Origin: a virus
Taxonomy: Duplodnaviria > Caudoviricetes
Length of the DNA stretch: 37,862 bases
IMG/VR virus record: IMGVR_UViG_3300008255_000067
Location: 1-37,862 of that record
Strand: one strand, 5' to 3'
The position numbers and the translations under genes are program-made. Below, piece by piece: positions 24,946-34,933 of this stretch. Within the stretch, counting starts at the first letter, position 1. Every line of letters starts with the position of its first letter. A model generated the notes under the pieces. That model was not told where the DNA came from. It searched no databases and saw nothing but the letters and a program-made list of their open reading frames with translations.

Positions 24946-25620
24946 TTACTCCAATAATCCCTGTACTGGTTTAATAATACCATTAATCAAACTTCTTATT
25001 GGAGTTGGTGAAGATTCTGGCTCAGTTACTTGAGGTTCATCTTGTTGCTCAGTAATAATAGTGGTTGATTGAATCACTTCTGGTTGAGTAGAATTATTAA
25101 TCATCGAGCTACCCTGAGGCTGTACCTTCGGCTGTTCAATTACCGGTCTATTTATTGGATCAGGGAATGATAGATTTTCCTCAGGATCACTCGGACACTC
25201 GCTTGCATCAAGTACATCAAACTTCGGTGTATTCCAGGTATTCACTATTGGCTTGTGTAGTGGATGTACCTGATACACTGCTTCGATCCGCATATTATAT
25301 TTACCAGGCAATATTGAGTAAGGTATTTGTTTAGAAACAACTAGGTGATTATCACCAATCTCTCGATTAATTCCTGGTGACTCAAGCTCATAGACAATAC
25401 CATCAACTATGTACCAGGTTATTTTCGCCTGAATATCCATGTGCTTAACAAAATCAAGTTCAACCTTAACCCAATCACCCCTACAATACTCAGCAGCATC
25501 AATACCAATAGAATTAAGCGTAGTCACTTTAAATGGATAAAAAGAGTAGTACAAAATAACAACTACAAAAATAAGAAAAGTTACTGCCGTCAGAGTTTCT
25601 AATATGGTATTTTTCCGCAT
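24946..25620 (-). CDS. Membrane-anchored lysis-cassette protein (Ig-like domain, P/Q-rich tail)
   Basis: N-terminal TM; lies between a holin-like gene and the lysin. Confidence 0.6.
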   Translation of the reverse strand: MRKNTILETLTAVTFLIFVVVILYYSFYPFKVTTLNSIGIDAAEYCRGDWVKVELDFVKHMDIQAKITWYIVDGIVYELESPGINREIGDNHLVVSKQIPYSILPGKYNMRIEAVYQVHPLHKPIVNTWNTPKFDVLDASECPSDPEENLSFPDPINRPVIEQPKVQPQGSSMINNSTQPEVIQSTTIITEQQDEPQVTEPESSPTPIRSLINGIIKPVQGLLE

Positions 25621-25621
25621 A

Positions 25622-25867
25622 TTATTTTAATCCGATGATTGCTAATATACCTACAATCATAGCACCTAGCACTATTTTAATACCCCAATCCCAAAATCCC
25701 TCAAACTTCTTTATTCGAGTATCAATACCATTAGTGGTACTCAGTGGCGTATACTCTTTTTTTAGTAAATCCTCAAGATCAACAACTGCTTTATCAGCAC
25801 TATCAATTCTCTTATGAATTGTTTTAAATTTTTCTTCGACTAATTCACTATTATATTTGGCAGGCAT
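25622..25867 (-). CDS. Small coiled-coil plus C-terminal TM protein (holin/XhlA-like)
   Basis: Likely start MPAKY at 25867; ends WGIKIVLGAMIVGILAIIGLK. Confidence 0.6.
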   Translation of the reverse strand: MPAKYNSELVEEKFKTIHKRIDSADKAVVDLEDLLKKEYTPLSTTNGIDTRIKKFEGFWDWGIKIVLGAMIVGILAIIGLK

Positions 25868-25893
25868 AATTACTTTAAGTATAAAGCTAAACA

Positions 25894-28800
25894 CTACTTC
25901 TTGTCAGCCTTATTCTTCTGCCTCCGCTTCTTTGCATCAAGTGACCACTTACCAAAGTTTTTAGGCTTAGTACCATTTTCTAAACTCTCGATATGAACCA
26001 GGATTTTAGCTCTGAGTTCTGCAGATTTTTCAGGTTCAACTTCAGGATCTATATCACGGTACTCACCAAGTAATTCATCAATAGATTCAGTAATAATATG
26101 CACTCGGTAAATTTCATCAGCTCGATCTTTAGGAATATCCTCATACCCTTTTTCTAGGTTTTGATAGGCGGTATACTCACCATCGTTTTTTTCTTTCGTA
26201 TCATAAAACTCACGCACTCTACGACCTGAAGTAAAGTAATAGTCACGCATCACCGCACCTGCCGGATTGTAGACACCAGGCTTACCAGTAAGTAACCCAG
26301 ATGCACGACCTAAATAACCAGTAAGTAGATAATCAACTTTAATAGGTGAGATATTTAATAATTCACCAAGCTTCTTAGCAAATACTGACGTACCCTCGTT
26401 ATATTGAAGTGCAGCCGGTTTACGCTGTAACCCCATACTCACTAAATTAGTAACAGTTGGATATTCTTTTACATTAAAAATTACGTGCGTGACCGGTTTA
26501 AAGACTTGAGGAATCCAACCCAAGATCATCTTAGTAGGATCAGTAGGGTTAAACTGATCAGGTAAGAATGAGGTAGCAGCTTCCATAACATCTCGAGTGC
26601 CATACTTTGCACTAAACATCTTATTAGAAATAGCCATATTAATAAGCGTGCCAGGGATAGAAAAGGTAGTAGACATTTTTACTCTTAGTAACCCTTCGCC
26701 ACTTGGATTAGGAAAGTAAATAAAGCCTGCTAAATCTTCAGCTTCCAGATCTTTATACTGTTCTTTTTGATCATCTGAGGCATCCATCATCGCCATGATT
26801 GCAGATAGATAAGCTGCAGTGATTGCAATAGTTACAAACGTCATGCGTTTTCTACCAGATGGTGTACCAGCAACTCGAGCTGTTTGATCAAGTACTTGGA
26901 TACTTGCATTGAAAAACGGCAAACCTCTAATAAATGTTTGACCAAAACTACGCTTGCCTTCTTTAGCACCCCATGCACCAATATGATGAAACGGTGCAGT
27001 GACACGTCCAGCTTCTTCAAGTGAAACGATCTGAGATTTACCAGCCTTTCGAGCATTAATATATTCAGTAGCACGACTAAAGATCTCAGACTTAGCAGAA
27101 GGGATAGACAAAATATCAATGCCTTTATCCATAGCAGCAATCGCTTTTTCCATTTTCGTTTTTTCTTGACTAATTCTCTTGAATAAATCTTTAGGCTCTA
27201 ACCTCTGCCATCCGGTAAACGTCTGACGTTCACCACCCATTACCAGATATTCTTCATAGTACTTAGCCTCAACACTACCTTTTTTACGCAGTACCGTTAG
27301 CATATCTTTCATTGGTGAGTACAAACCCTTGAAGCCATTATATGAATTGGCAGTAGCGGTGATCTGGTCTACTACAAAGTTAGTTAAAGCAAACTGAGGA
27401 TACAAACCAGTAGTACCGGCAGTAAACATTCTTGATAAACCAGTGTAAAGCTGAGTAAACGTGTCAATATTTTTATGATCCATAACCATATCAATAATGG
27501 TTTTTATTTCAGCATCCATTAATACCGGCACACGCTTATAACCCTGACGTGACATAATCACGTTACTATCTTTTTCTTGAGGGTAACTAATTGCACCACT
27601 ATTTTTATCTACCGTTGTCTGAAGCGGTACAACCTGCATTAAGCCAGGCATGAGTGCAGAAGTACCTAACTTGCCAATCTGGTTATATACCACCTGTTTC
27701 ATGGACTTACGCACAATCTCGCTATGGTTAGCCAGTGCTGAATAGAGTGGATTAATGATAGTACGCTCTGAACCTCTACGCCCAATCAGTGAAGAAACTT
27801 TAGTACTACCAACTTTGATAGCACCTGGTGCATCTAAATCACCCACTATTTCATCATAAAATTGTCGCTTAAATGAAGCATACCCCTCTTGGCTCTTGAG
27901 CTTATTGTAGGTTTTATCATTGATCAGTTGTACATCTTGGTTATGTAACAAGTTTAGATCTTCTCGAGTGAGTGCATCAAACATTGTTTCTTCATCTTTA
28001 AAGAGTTCTTTATTTTCATTGTAAGCAGCTTCAACAACTTCACGGCTAAACGCATCATTATCAAGAATTTCTTTTTGCTCTTGGTACGCTTTATCGGTCT
28101 GCTCAAATAATTGTTTGATTGCTTTCTTAGCTTTATCAAGTTCCATTTCACTAATATCAACACCATAATCTTCAGATAGGCTAGCTCGTAAGTCACGATC
28201 AAAATCGGCTTCTTTACCTGGTTCTACTGCTTCAAACGCTTTAGCAATTAATTCAATGCGATCCCTAGTAGCCTGTAGTTGATCAAGCTCTTGATACAAA
28301 TACCACTCACGCCTTGCTACTAAGTAATGACTAAACGAATCAAGTACACCCCTACGCTGAGTGCTTTCAATTAATGACTTCCAGTTGTAATCATACTTTT
28401 TCTGCCACCCATTCTGCAGATCACTAAATGACCAGTAACCCCGATCAGTTGAGATATTGTTATTGACAATCCCACTCACTGCATTGTAAGCACGTACCCA
28501 TAAACTAGGATCTTCTTTAGTATTTAAAACCTTACCCTTTTGTGCTAGCACCTCAACCGGATAGACTTCATCAGCAATCTGAGTTCGTAGCTTCTGCCAA
28601 AAGTTTAAAAAGCTTGGCTTATTGATACCAGTAGCTTCACTTGTTACCCTAGCACCGATTTTATCTAGTGCTTCAAGCCCCTGATATTCACCAATCATCT
28701 GATTCAAATCAGTTAGAATCTCACCAATTACCGGATGATAATACTTGCCATCTTTTTGTAGAAACTCTTTAACTAGATCTGGGTACTCATTGGTAATAGT

Positions 28801-31800
28801 AGTAGGTTGCTCAGTATACTTTTGCAGTAACGTAGCAAAGCCCTCAAGTACCTGTAATCGTTTCTGGTGACTTTCTCTAGCTTGTGGGTAGTACTGTAGA
28901 TAAATAGCCTCGATCTGTTTTTGAATAGCTTTATTTTTATCACTCATCAACTTATCAGTAATCCCATTTGCATAGTCAAGAAAGTGTGCAATCTCATGTG
29001 CTGCTACCGTCACATTATTAATAGCGTTCACTCTAATATTCTTCGTCTTAGGAAAATAAACCCCGAGTGCATTACGTGGTGTGTAGCCCTCACCTATTGA
29101 CTGAGCATACTTGCGAATCAACTCAACCACTTTTTTATGTAGTTTAAATTCTTCAGTACCGGCTTTAGGTGGCTTACGCAATTCAAAGTTATGAATCTTC
29201 TCACCGCCCTTACTAGATAAACCAGCAAACACACTAGGAAATTGCATTAACCTGCTTCGTGCCTTCTCAACTTTTGCACGCTCTACCTTTTGTTTTTGAT
29301 CAGGTGCTAGCGTAGTCTTTTCTTGAACCTCTACCGGAATAGTTTTAGTGCCAGCATTTTGAAAAGCAATCAAACGGTTATCACCATCTTTATTAGTAAA
29401 AAATTTACCGTCTTTTTCATAGACCGGAATTGCCGGTACAGCGTCACCACGTTTTATTGCAGCTTCTAATTCTTTTATTTTTGTAGTATTGCGATTTAAC
29501 TTAGCAGCAAACTCTTTAGGTAAACCGGTTTCAACCTGGTTGGCAGGTACTTCACGCACATTTTTACCTTGTTCTTTAGCCTGGACTGGCTTACTAGATG
29601 CCTCATTTTCGGCTGTTTTACCGAGTAATGGAATGTTTACCCTCTTACCATCCTTCATGCTGAAGGTTAAATTGTTAAGCGTAATCTTTTGACCTTTAAA
29701 ACGTGTATCACCTACATATTTTTGACCAGTACCCTTTTTCACATACGCAATAGTTACGTGTGGCTGATACTCATCAAAAGTTTTACCAGGAGTTGCTAAA
29801 ACACTATCTAATTTTGCATTAAGTTCACTAAGCTGATCACTTACTACATCCACTTTCAACACATCATAATCTTCATTCGTATCAAACTGACTGACTTCAC
29901 CAAGCTCAACTTCAATAGGTTTAGCCGATTGCACTAATCCTTTAACCTCAGCCTCATTCGTAGTATCTAAACCATACAGTACCGTGATGTGTGGGTCTGA
30001 CTCTCTGCCGGTTTTTTGAGCATCATAGTTAGCAGCCGGATCTTTATATAAATCAGCTTCAGGAATCGTTTTAGCAAACTCAGTAATATCTTCTGCTTGT
30101 TGTGCCGGTAGATCTAATTGAGTTGAGCCGTAATCAAATTGACCAGTACTTGCCTTAGTACCCTGTAATCCCTCAAACGCTTTAGCGACATTAGGTGATA
30201 AATCTTTAAGTTCATCAAGAGTAACCAGCTTCATTTCTGAGTTACGTAGTTTTTCAATTGGTGATAGGTGAGGTTTATCAGTAGCAGTAAAACCGATCTT
30301 AGCTACTTCATCTTTTAAATACTCAAGCTGTTGATTATTTAACTCGGCATATACACCTTGATCTGCAAGTTGAATACCAGATGATGCTACTTCATACCCT
30401 GCAGTAGTATCTACAAAATTAAACCCTAGCATTTCAGGATCAGTACCAGCCTCAACCTGACGAATTTTATCAGCCAGATCAGACAGTTTCTTTTTATCAT
30501 CTTCATTTAAATCTTCACTAATACTAGCGTTCTGAATCACACTACCCATGCCACCACCAACTACCGCACCAATAAAGAAGGTTTTACCCATCTCAGCACC
30601 ACTAATTTCTTTCTTTTGAGTTACCGCCTGCAAACCATCTTGATAGGCTTCTTGACTACCTTCAGCTAGTGCAGTCGTTATAACTTTCTTCACACCTTCA
30701 GCATCACTAAACAAACCCACCTTATCAGTAATGACGTTAAAAATAATGTTTCCTGCAAATACACGACTCGCTGCTACATCAGCTTCTTCTCGAGTTTTAC
30801 CTTGATCAATTAAATCTACATACGTGTTACCACTTTCAGTAGCAGCTTCAAGTGTAGCCGAGGCAGTAATACCAAACAGTGTAGCAATCTTCGGTGAGAT
30901 AGTAGCTAGTTTAGCCGTTGCACTTGATACACCAGCACCAGGTAAATAAAAGGCTATGGTAGATCCTGCACCCTGCAGTAATTCATCTGCTAACTCTGGA
31001 TTATTAGGTGCTACCGCCTCAGCCCATTGACTCAAGTGCTTCGCTGTACTTTCACCAAACTGTGCAACTGACTCTGACTCAGCAACATCACCACGCCACT
31101 TAACAAAATCAGCTACTCCCTTGAGTGATCCCAAAAAACCAGCAGCTAAGTTACCACTAACACGACCTAGAGCCAAACCATTAATAAAGACTTCCTTTTT
31201 ATTACGTTTATCTGGTGGTAAAGCTAGAGTTTCATCAATCTGATCAAGTGTTGCCTTCATATTATTAAGGCGATACTGATCAATTTTCGTTTTATTTTGC
31301 TTACTATTCAGTTCATCGTAATTTACTTTAAGATCATCCTTCGCTAATTTGAGCATCCCTACAGAAGAAAAATCACGAATCTGCTCATAGGTTAAAGCTT
31401 GGTAATCTGGAATATTCTGATCAATTTTATATTGCTGTTCTTTTACCGCTTGTTTACTGGCTTCAGCACCAATAATACCTTTGATACCATTAAGTGCAGA
31501 CCTACCCCATCCAACCACATCTTCAGGCGCAAGTGGTTCTCGAGTATCATCAGTAATAAAATCTTTCGCTTTCTTTAATGCACCACCCACTTCACCAGTA
31601 GTAATACCAGTAAACTTACCTGCAAAATCACCAGCCTTTTGAAAGATATTTTTTTGTGGTTCTTGAGCTTTAGCTATCTGAATTGGTTTAAGCGGTGGTA
31701 AAGATTGAGCTTTCATCACCTGACTACGCCGTGCTTCAAAACTAGGATCAGTAAAACCGCTTGATCTGGTAGGTTGTGAGATAGTAGGTGCTTGCTTGTT

Positions 31801-31860
31801 AGACGTTCCGGCTATGATGCTTTTGCGTCTAGCTTCAAACTGTGGATCAATGTATGGCAT
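25894..31860 (-). CDS. Large polyvalent internal-virion/DNA-ejection protein (2H phosphoesterase, ParB-like, zincin, probable LPD38)
   Basis: 1988 aa; PHITVLYG and PHVTIAY (2H), KDGDNRL (ParB/Srx-like), HEIAH...EGFA (zincin), C-terminal SPIKVDYLLTGYLG (LPD38-like); last gene of the virion block. Confidence 0.8.
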   Translation of the reverse strand: MPYIDPQFEARRKSIIAGTSNKQAPTISQPTRSSGFTDPSFEARRSQVMKAQSLPPLKPIQIAKAQEPQKNIFQKAGDFAGKFTGITTGEVGGALKKAKDFITDDTREPLAPEDVVGWGRSALNGIKGIIGAEASKQAVKEQQYKIDQNIPDYQALTYEQIRDFSSVGMLKLAKDDLKVNYDELNSKQNKTKIDQYRLNNMKATLDQIDETLALPPDKRNKKEVFINGLALGRVSGNLAAGFLGSLKGVADFVKWRGDVAESESVAQFGESTAKHLSQWAEAVAPNNPELADELLQGAGSTIAFYLPGAGVSSATAKLATISPKIATLFGITASATLEAATESGNTYVDLIDQGKTREEADVAASRVFAGNIIFNVITDKVGLFSDAEGVKKVITTALAEGSQEAYQDGLQAVTQKKEISGAEMGKTFFIGAVVGGGMGSVIQNASISEDLNEDDKKKLSDLADKIRQVEAGTDPEMLGFNFVDTTAGYEVASSGIQLADQGVYAELNNQQLEYLKDEVAKIGFTATDKPHLSPIEKLRNSEMKLVTLDELKDLSPNVAKAFEGLQGTKASTGQFDYGSTQLDLPAQQAEDITEFAKTIPEADLYKDPAANYDAQKTGRESDPHITVLYGLDTTNEAEVKGLVQSAKPIEVELGEVSQFDTNEDYDVLKVDVVSDQLSELNAKLDSVLATPGKTFDEYQPHVTIAYVKKGTGQKYVGDTRFKGQKITLNNLTFSMKDGKRVNIPLLGKTAENEASSKPVQAKEQGKNVREVPANQVETGLPKEFAAKLNRNTTKIKELEAAIKRGDAVPAIPVYEKDGKFFTNKDGDNRLIAFQNAGTKTIPVEVQEKTTLAPDQKQKVERAKVEKARSRLMQFPSVFAGLSSKGGEKIHNFELRKPPKAGTEEFKLHKKVVELIRKYAQSIGEGYTPRNALGVYFPKTKNIRVNAINNVTVAAHEIAHFLDYANGITDKLMSDKNKAIQKQIEAIYLQYYPQARESHQKRLQVLEGFATLLQKYTEQPTTITNEYPDLVKEFLQKDGKYYHPVIGEILTDLNQMIGEYQGLEALDKIGARVTSEATGINKPSFLNFWQKLRTQIADEVYPVEVLAQKGKVLNTKEDPSLWVRAYNAVSGIVNNNISTDRGYWSFSDLQNGWQKKYDYNWKSLIESTQRRGVLDSFSHYLVARREWYLYQELDQLQATRDRIELIAKAFEAVEPGKEADFDRDLRASLSEDYGVDISEMELDKAKKAIKQLFEQTDKAYQEQKEILDNDAFSREVVEAAYNENKELFKDEETMFDALTREDLNLLHNQDVQLINDKTYNKLKSQEGYASFKRQFYDEIVGDLDAPGAIKVGSTKVSSLIGRRGSERTIINPLYSALANHSEIVRKSMKQVVYNQIGKLGTSALMPGLMQVVPLQTTVDKNSGAISYPQEKDSNVIMSRQGYKRVPVLMDAEIKTIIDMVMDHKNIDTFTQLYTGLSRMFTAGTTGLYPQFALTNFVVDQITATANSYNGFKGLYSPMKDMLTVLRKKGSVEAKYYEEYLVMGGERQTFTGWQRLEPKDLFKRISQEKTKMEKAIAAMDKGIDILSIPSAKSEIFSRATEYINARKAGKSQIVSLEEAGRVTAPFHHIGAWGAKEGKRSFGQTFIRGLPFFNASIQVLDQTARVAGTPSGRKRMTFVTIAITAAYLSAIMAMMDASDDQKEQYKDLEAEDLAGFIYFPNPSGEGLLRVKMSTTFSIPGTLINMAISNKMFSAKYGTRDVMEAATSFLPDQFNPTDPTKMILGWIPQVFKPVTHVIFNVKEYPTVTNLVSMGLQRKPAALQYNEGTSVFAKKLGELLNISPIKVDYLLTGYLGRASGLLTGKPGVYNPAGAVMRDYYFTSGRRVREFYDTKEKNDGEYTAYQNLEKGYEDIPKDRADEIYRVHIITESIDELLGEYRDIDPEVEPEKSAELRAKILVHIESLENGTKPKNFGKWSLDAKKRRQKNKADKK

Positions 31861-31863
31861 AGG

Positions 31864-33042
31864 TTATTCTTGTCCGGCATAACTTGTTACCCCGAGTGCA
31901 GCTAGTTCTTCAGCAGACTCTTTAGCAGCACCATGAGGACTATTTGCATTATAAATTTGAATAATCTGATTAGGATCTAAGTACCCTGAGTAAAGCTGAA
32001 AGACTTGGCGCACACCTGAACCAGAAGCTACATCAGCTCTCAAATTATCCATGTAGTACCGACTAACCTCAGATTCAGTTGCTTTACTGCTACCGCTACT
32101 TTGCTTATTACCAATAGCACCTAGCTTTTGCTGACCTACAATTGCACCAGTATTTTTATCAATAATCGTCACGGTGACATTACCATTATCATCAGTTGAT
32201 TGAATCACATCAGGATCAATTTCTTCAGCCTGACTTGCAGCTACTAAAGCACTAATCGTATCGGCACTCATGCCAGTACGTGCTGCAAAATCACCCACAT
32301 TAATATTACTTAAATCAGCTTTACTACTAATCAAGGTGTTGAGTTCAGCTACCGCATCGGCTGCAGCTTGTCTATCAATATTGTATTGTTGAGTACTCAA
32401 GTTTGTTTTTGTTTCAAGTTGTTGATTCGCTTCATCTACTTTAGCCTGTAGTAATGCTTGCTCTCGAGAAATATTTTCAATATCAGCCTGTGCTTGTTCC
32501 TCTAAACGCCGTAATTTACCGGTTCTAGTAGCCTCAGCGTACCAAGGGTTCTCATTAATAGTTGCTTCTGCTTCAGCAAGCCTAGCTCTACGTGCAGTAA
32601 TCTCATCTTGTTTTGCCTGTACATCTGATTTAAGTGTGTCAATTCCTAGATCTTGATATAGCTTATCGTATGTTTCAGTCACGTTAAAACTTGAAGCTGA
32701 ACCACCGCTAACACCTGTGCCACCGCTTAAACTCGAACCACCACCGCCACCACTTGTCGTTTTCTTTGCAGCAGCAGCAGCACTTTGAGCAGCCGGTGTA
32801 TTATTTGAACCTTTAAGATATGTATTAAATTCTTGAGTAGTTTTACCCTGAGCTGCAGCAGACTGTGCATTAACTTCATCAGAGATCATTGAACCTCGAG
32901 CAGCAGGATTATTTTGTGACCATGCTTGACCACGAACATCACCAAACGTACCACTAGCAGCATCATAGTTGTAGCCGTCATACCAGCCATTATCTTCAAG
33001 TTTTGTTGCTTTTATTCCTAATTCTTGTGCTGTTTTTGCCAT
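31864..33042 (-). CDS. Internal virion/ejection (pilot-like) coiled-coil protein
   Basis: A/Q-rich coiled coil with INENPW..EA.R.G.L..L; lies between the adaptor and the large ejection protein. Confidence 0.6.
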   Translation of the reverse strand: MAKTAQELGIKATKLEDNGWYDGYNYDAASGTFGDVRGQAWSQNNPAARGSMISDEVNAQSAAAQGKTTQEFNTYLKGSNNTPAAQSAAAAAKKTTSGGGGGSSLSGGTGVSGGSASSFNVTETYDKLYQDLGIDTLKSDVQAKQDEITARRARLAEAEATINENPWYAEATRTGKLRRLEEQAQADIENISREQALLQAKVDEANQQLETKTNLSTQQYNIDRQAAADAVAELNTLISSKADLSNINVGDFAARTGMSADTISALVAASQAEEIDPDVIQSTDDNGNVTVTIIDKNTGAIVGQQKLGAIGNKQSSGSSKATESEVSRYYMDNLRADVASGSGVRQVFQLYSGYLDPNQIIQIYNANSPHGAAKESAEELAALGVTSYAGQE

Positions 33043-33047
33043 ACGAT

Positions 33048-33749
33048 TTAACTCCTATTGGTGAAGTTTCCAGTTGTAGTACTTCGTGGATTATTGCTAG
33101 GGAAAAAGTCAGGTACATCAAAAAACGGTGCATCCTTACGCTGAAAGTTTGCTTTACGCTCAATGATGTTATCCCAGACCGTAGCTAAAATATCTTTCGC
33201 ACGGTTTTCTTCTTTATCAGCTTCAGACTGTTTACCCTTACTCGCCAATAAATTAGACTTTGCCTTACGCATCACTGCTTCATTTGCAGCAGCTTCAGAG
33301 CCAGAGAAAATAGTAGTACCACTTGAAAATGATAATGCAGCAGCTTGAATAATACCCCAGATATATATGATTTTACCTGAAGCCGGTGTAGGCGTAATAA
33401 AGTACTGTCTACCATAACAAGCAGCTAGTCGCACATCTGAGTTACCAGGATTCTCACGCCTATATCTAAGCCAATCGTGAAAATCAATTAACTTATATTC
33501 AAGATCATCAATTACTACCATTGTTAAAGAATCAGATTTATACTGTGAAGGTAAATCAAAATAATAATCAACTCCACCTGCAGTCGTAAAGCTTGACTTC
33601 TCAAGTACTGGAAAGGGGTACATATCAGTAGCCCAGAGATACGCATTAACAATTTCATCTTGTAGTGAAGCATCAGCAAATACAATCGAGGTACTTACCA
33701 TTTGAAGCTGACGTTTTAGAGTGGCTTGAATTTCACCGGTGGTATTCAT
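33048..33749 (-). CDS. Head-to-tail adaptor (T7 gp11/P22 gp4-like position)
   Basis: YYFDLPSQY...FITPTP pattern; size about 230 aa. Confidence 0.65.
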   Translation of the reverse strand: MNTTGEIQATLKRQLQMVSTSIVFADASLQDEIVNAYLWATDMYPFPVLEKSSFTTAGGVDYYFDLPSQYKSDSLTMVVIDDLEYKLIDFHDWLRYRRENPGNSDVRLAACYGRQYFITPTPASGKIIYIWGIIQAAALSFSSGTTIFSGSEAAANEAVMRKAKSNLLASKGKQSEADKEENRAKDILATVWDNIIERKANFQRKDAPFFDVPDFFPSNNPRSTTTGNFTNRS

Positions 33750-33955
33750 AATTTCCCCTCGAGCTGTTTAATAAAAATATCTATTTGTTGTACCGCACCC
33801 TCTATTCGTAACATCTCATCATTTGTTGTGTTAGCTTTTTGAATATACCCCTGGTGGGAGATCTTTTTTTCACTATAGCTAACTTCCAAACTTTTCTTAG
33901 CGTTCTGAAGAAGTTTCAACATCTCATTAGAGTTTTCCGGTGCTTCTTCATTCAT
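33746..33955 (-). CDS. Small coiled-coil protein (possible fibre chaperone)
   Basis: LRIEGAVQQID motif; ATGA overlap. Confidence 0.6.
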   Translation of the reverse strand: MNEEAPENSNEMLKLLQNAKKSLEVSYSEKKISHQGYIQKANTTNDEMLRIEGAVQQIDIFIKQLEGKL

Positions 33956-33973
33956 ATAATTATAGTAACACTT

Positions 33974-34933
33974 TTATGCTTTCAATTCATCTATATATAT
34001 GTAGTAATACACTTCAGTACTATCATCAGTTCTAATTTTTACATTAGTTGCATCAATTTCAATCTGAGCATTGGTGGTATCAGCATCAGGATCTTGATAC
34101 TCACCAGGTAAGTACCGTGGTATTTGATACCGCTTACCACTTGATATACTCTTGAACCAAGCTCGAGCAAACGGTTTAACACTCTGACCATGAGCGATGT
34201 TATACACAACCCCACCAGTAGTATCAATTTTCCCCTGAGCAACTACCTTCATGCAGCGTTTTCTTGTGGTGAAATATGTCTGAGCATCAGTTGCTTCATC
34301 CACATCATATCCAGGATAACTAATCTTCATGCCATAACTATTAGTCGAGGGAAACGTAGGTGCAGCCACCTCTTTAGGTGTTGGTTTAAAGTTAGGCTCT
34401 GCATTAATTCGATACTCTAAATACGAATTAGGCGCATCATTAAAATGATCATAAATATACCCACCAGAATCAGCAGTAGATGTGCCATTATCCTCAATAA
34501 TAAAACCAAGTGAATTACCCTGTGACCACCCACCTCTACCGACTATCTCTTGAAGTGAACTACCGCATCCAATACCAAAATACTGACCAGTACTCGGATT
34601 GCTATTATGGGTATTATTCGCATCTGTCTTTGTTCTACTCAATGGATAACTACCAAAGTCACCAGTATTATCTTCATCAATTCCCCAGATCTTCACATAA
34701 ATTTCTTTATTACCAACTTTCTCTTGAGCATACATACTTATACCAGCACTGTTGATTCCTGATCCTTGAGGTATCTGCACACTTCTAAATCGTAAAGCAC
34801 CCTTGAGTTTTCTACTTGTGTTATATGAATACCCCACATTAAAACGACCAGTACCAGATAAGCCACCACCACCCTCAAATTCATAGAACATATCATTAGA
34901 ATCAGATGGAAAAAGTACAATCTCATTCGCCAT
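33974..34933 (-). CDS. Tail-associated protein (N-terminal jelly-roll/CBM-like domain plus C-terminal YGMKIS module)
   Basis: GALRFRSVQIPQGSGINSA...LQEIVGRGGWSQGNSL; the C-terminal module is shared with 34923..35870. Confidence 0.65.
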   Translation of the reverse strand: MANEIVLFPSDSNDMFYEFEGGGGLSGTGRFNVGYSYNTSRKLKGALRFRSVQIPQGSGINSAGISMYAQEKVGNKEIYVKIWGIDEDNTGDFGSYPLSRTKTDANNTHNSNPSTGQYFGIGCGSSLQEIVGRGGWSQGNSLGFIIEDNGTSTADSGGYIYDHFNDAPNSYLEYRINAEPNFKPTPKEVAAPTFPSTNSYGMKISYPGYDVDEATDAQTYFTTRKRCMKVVAQGKIDTTGGVVYNIAHGQSVKPFARAWFKSISSGKRYQIPRYLPGEYQDPDADTTNAQIEIDATNVKIRTDDSTEVYYYIYIDELKA

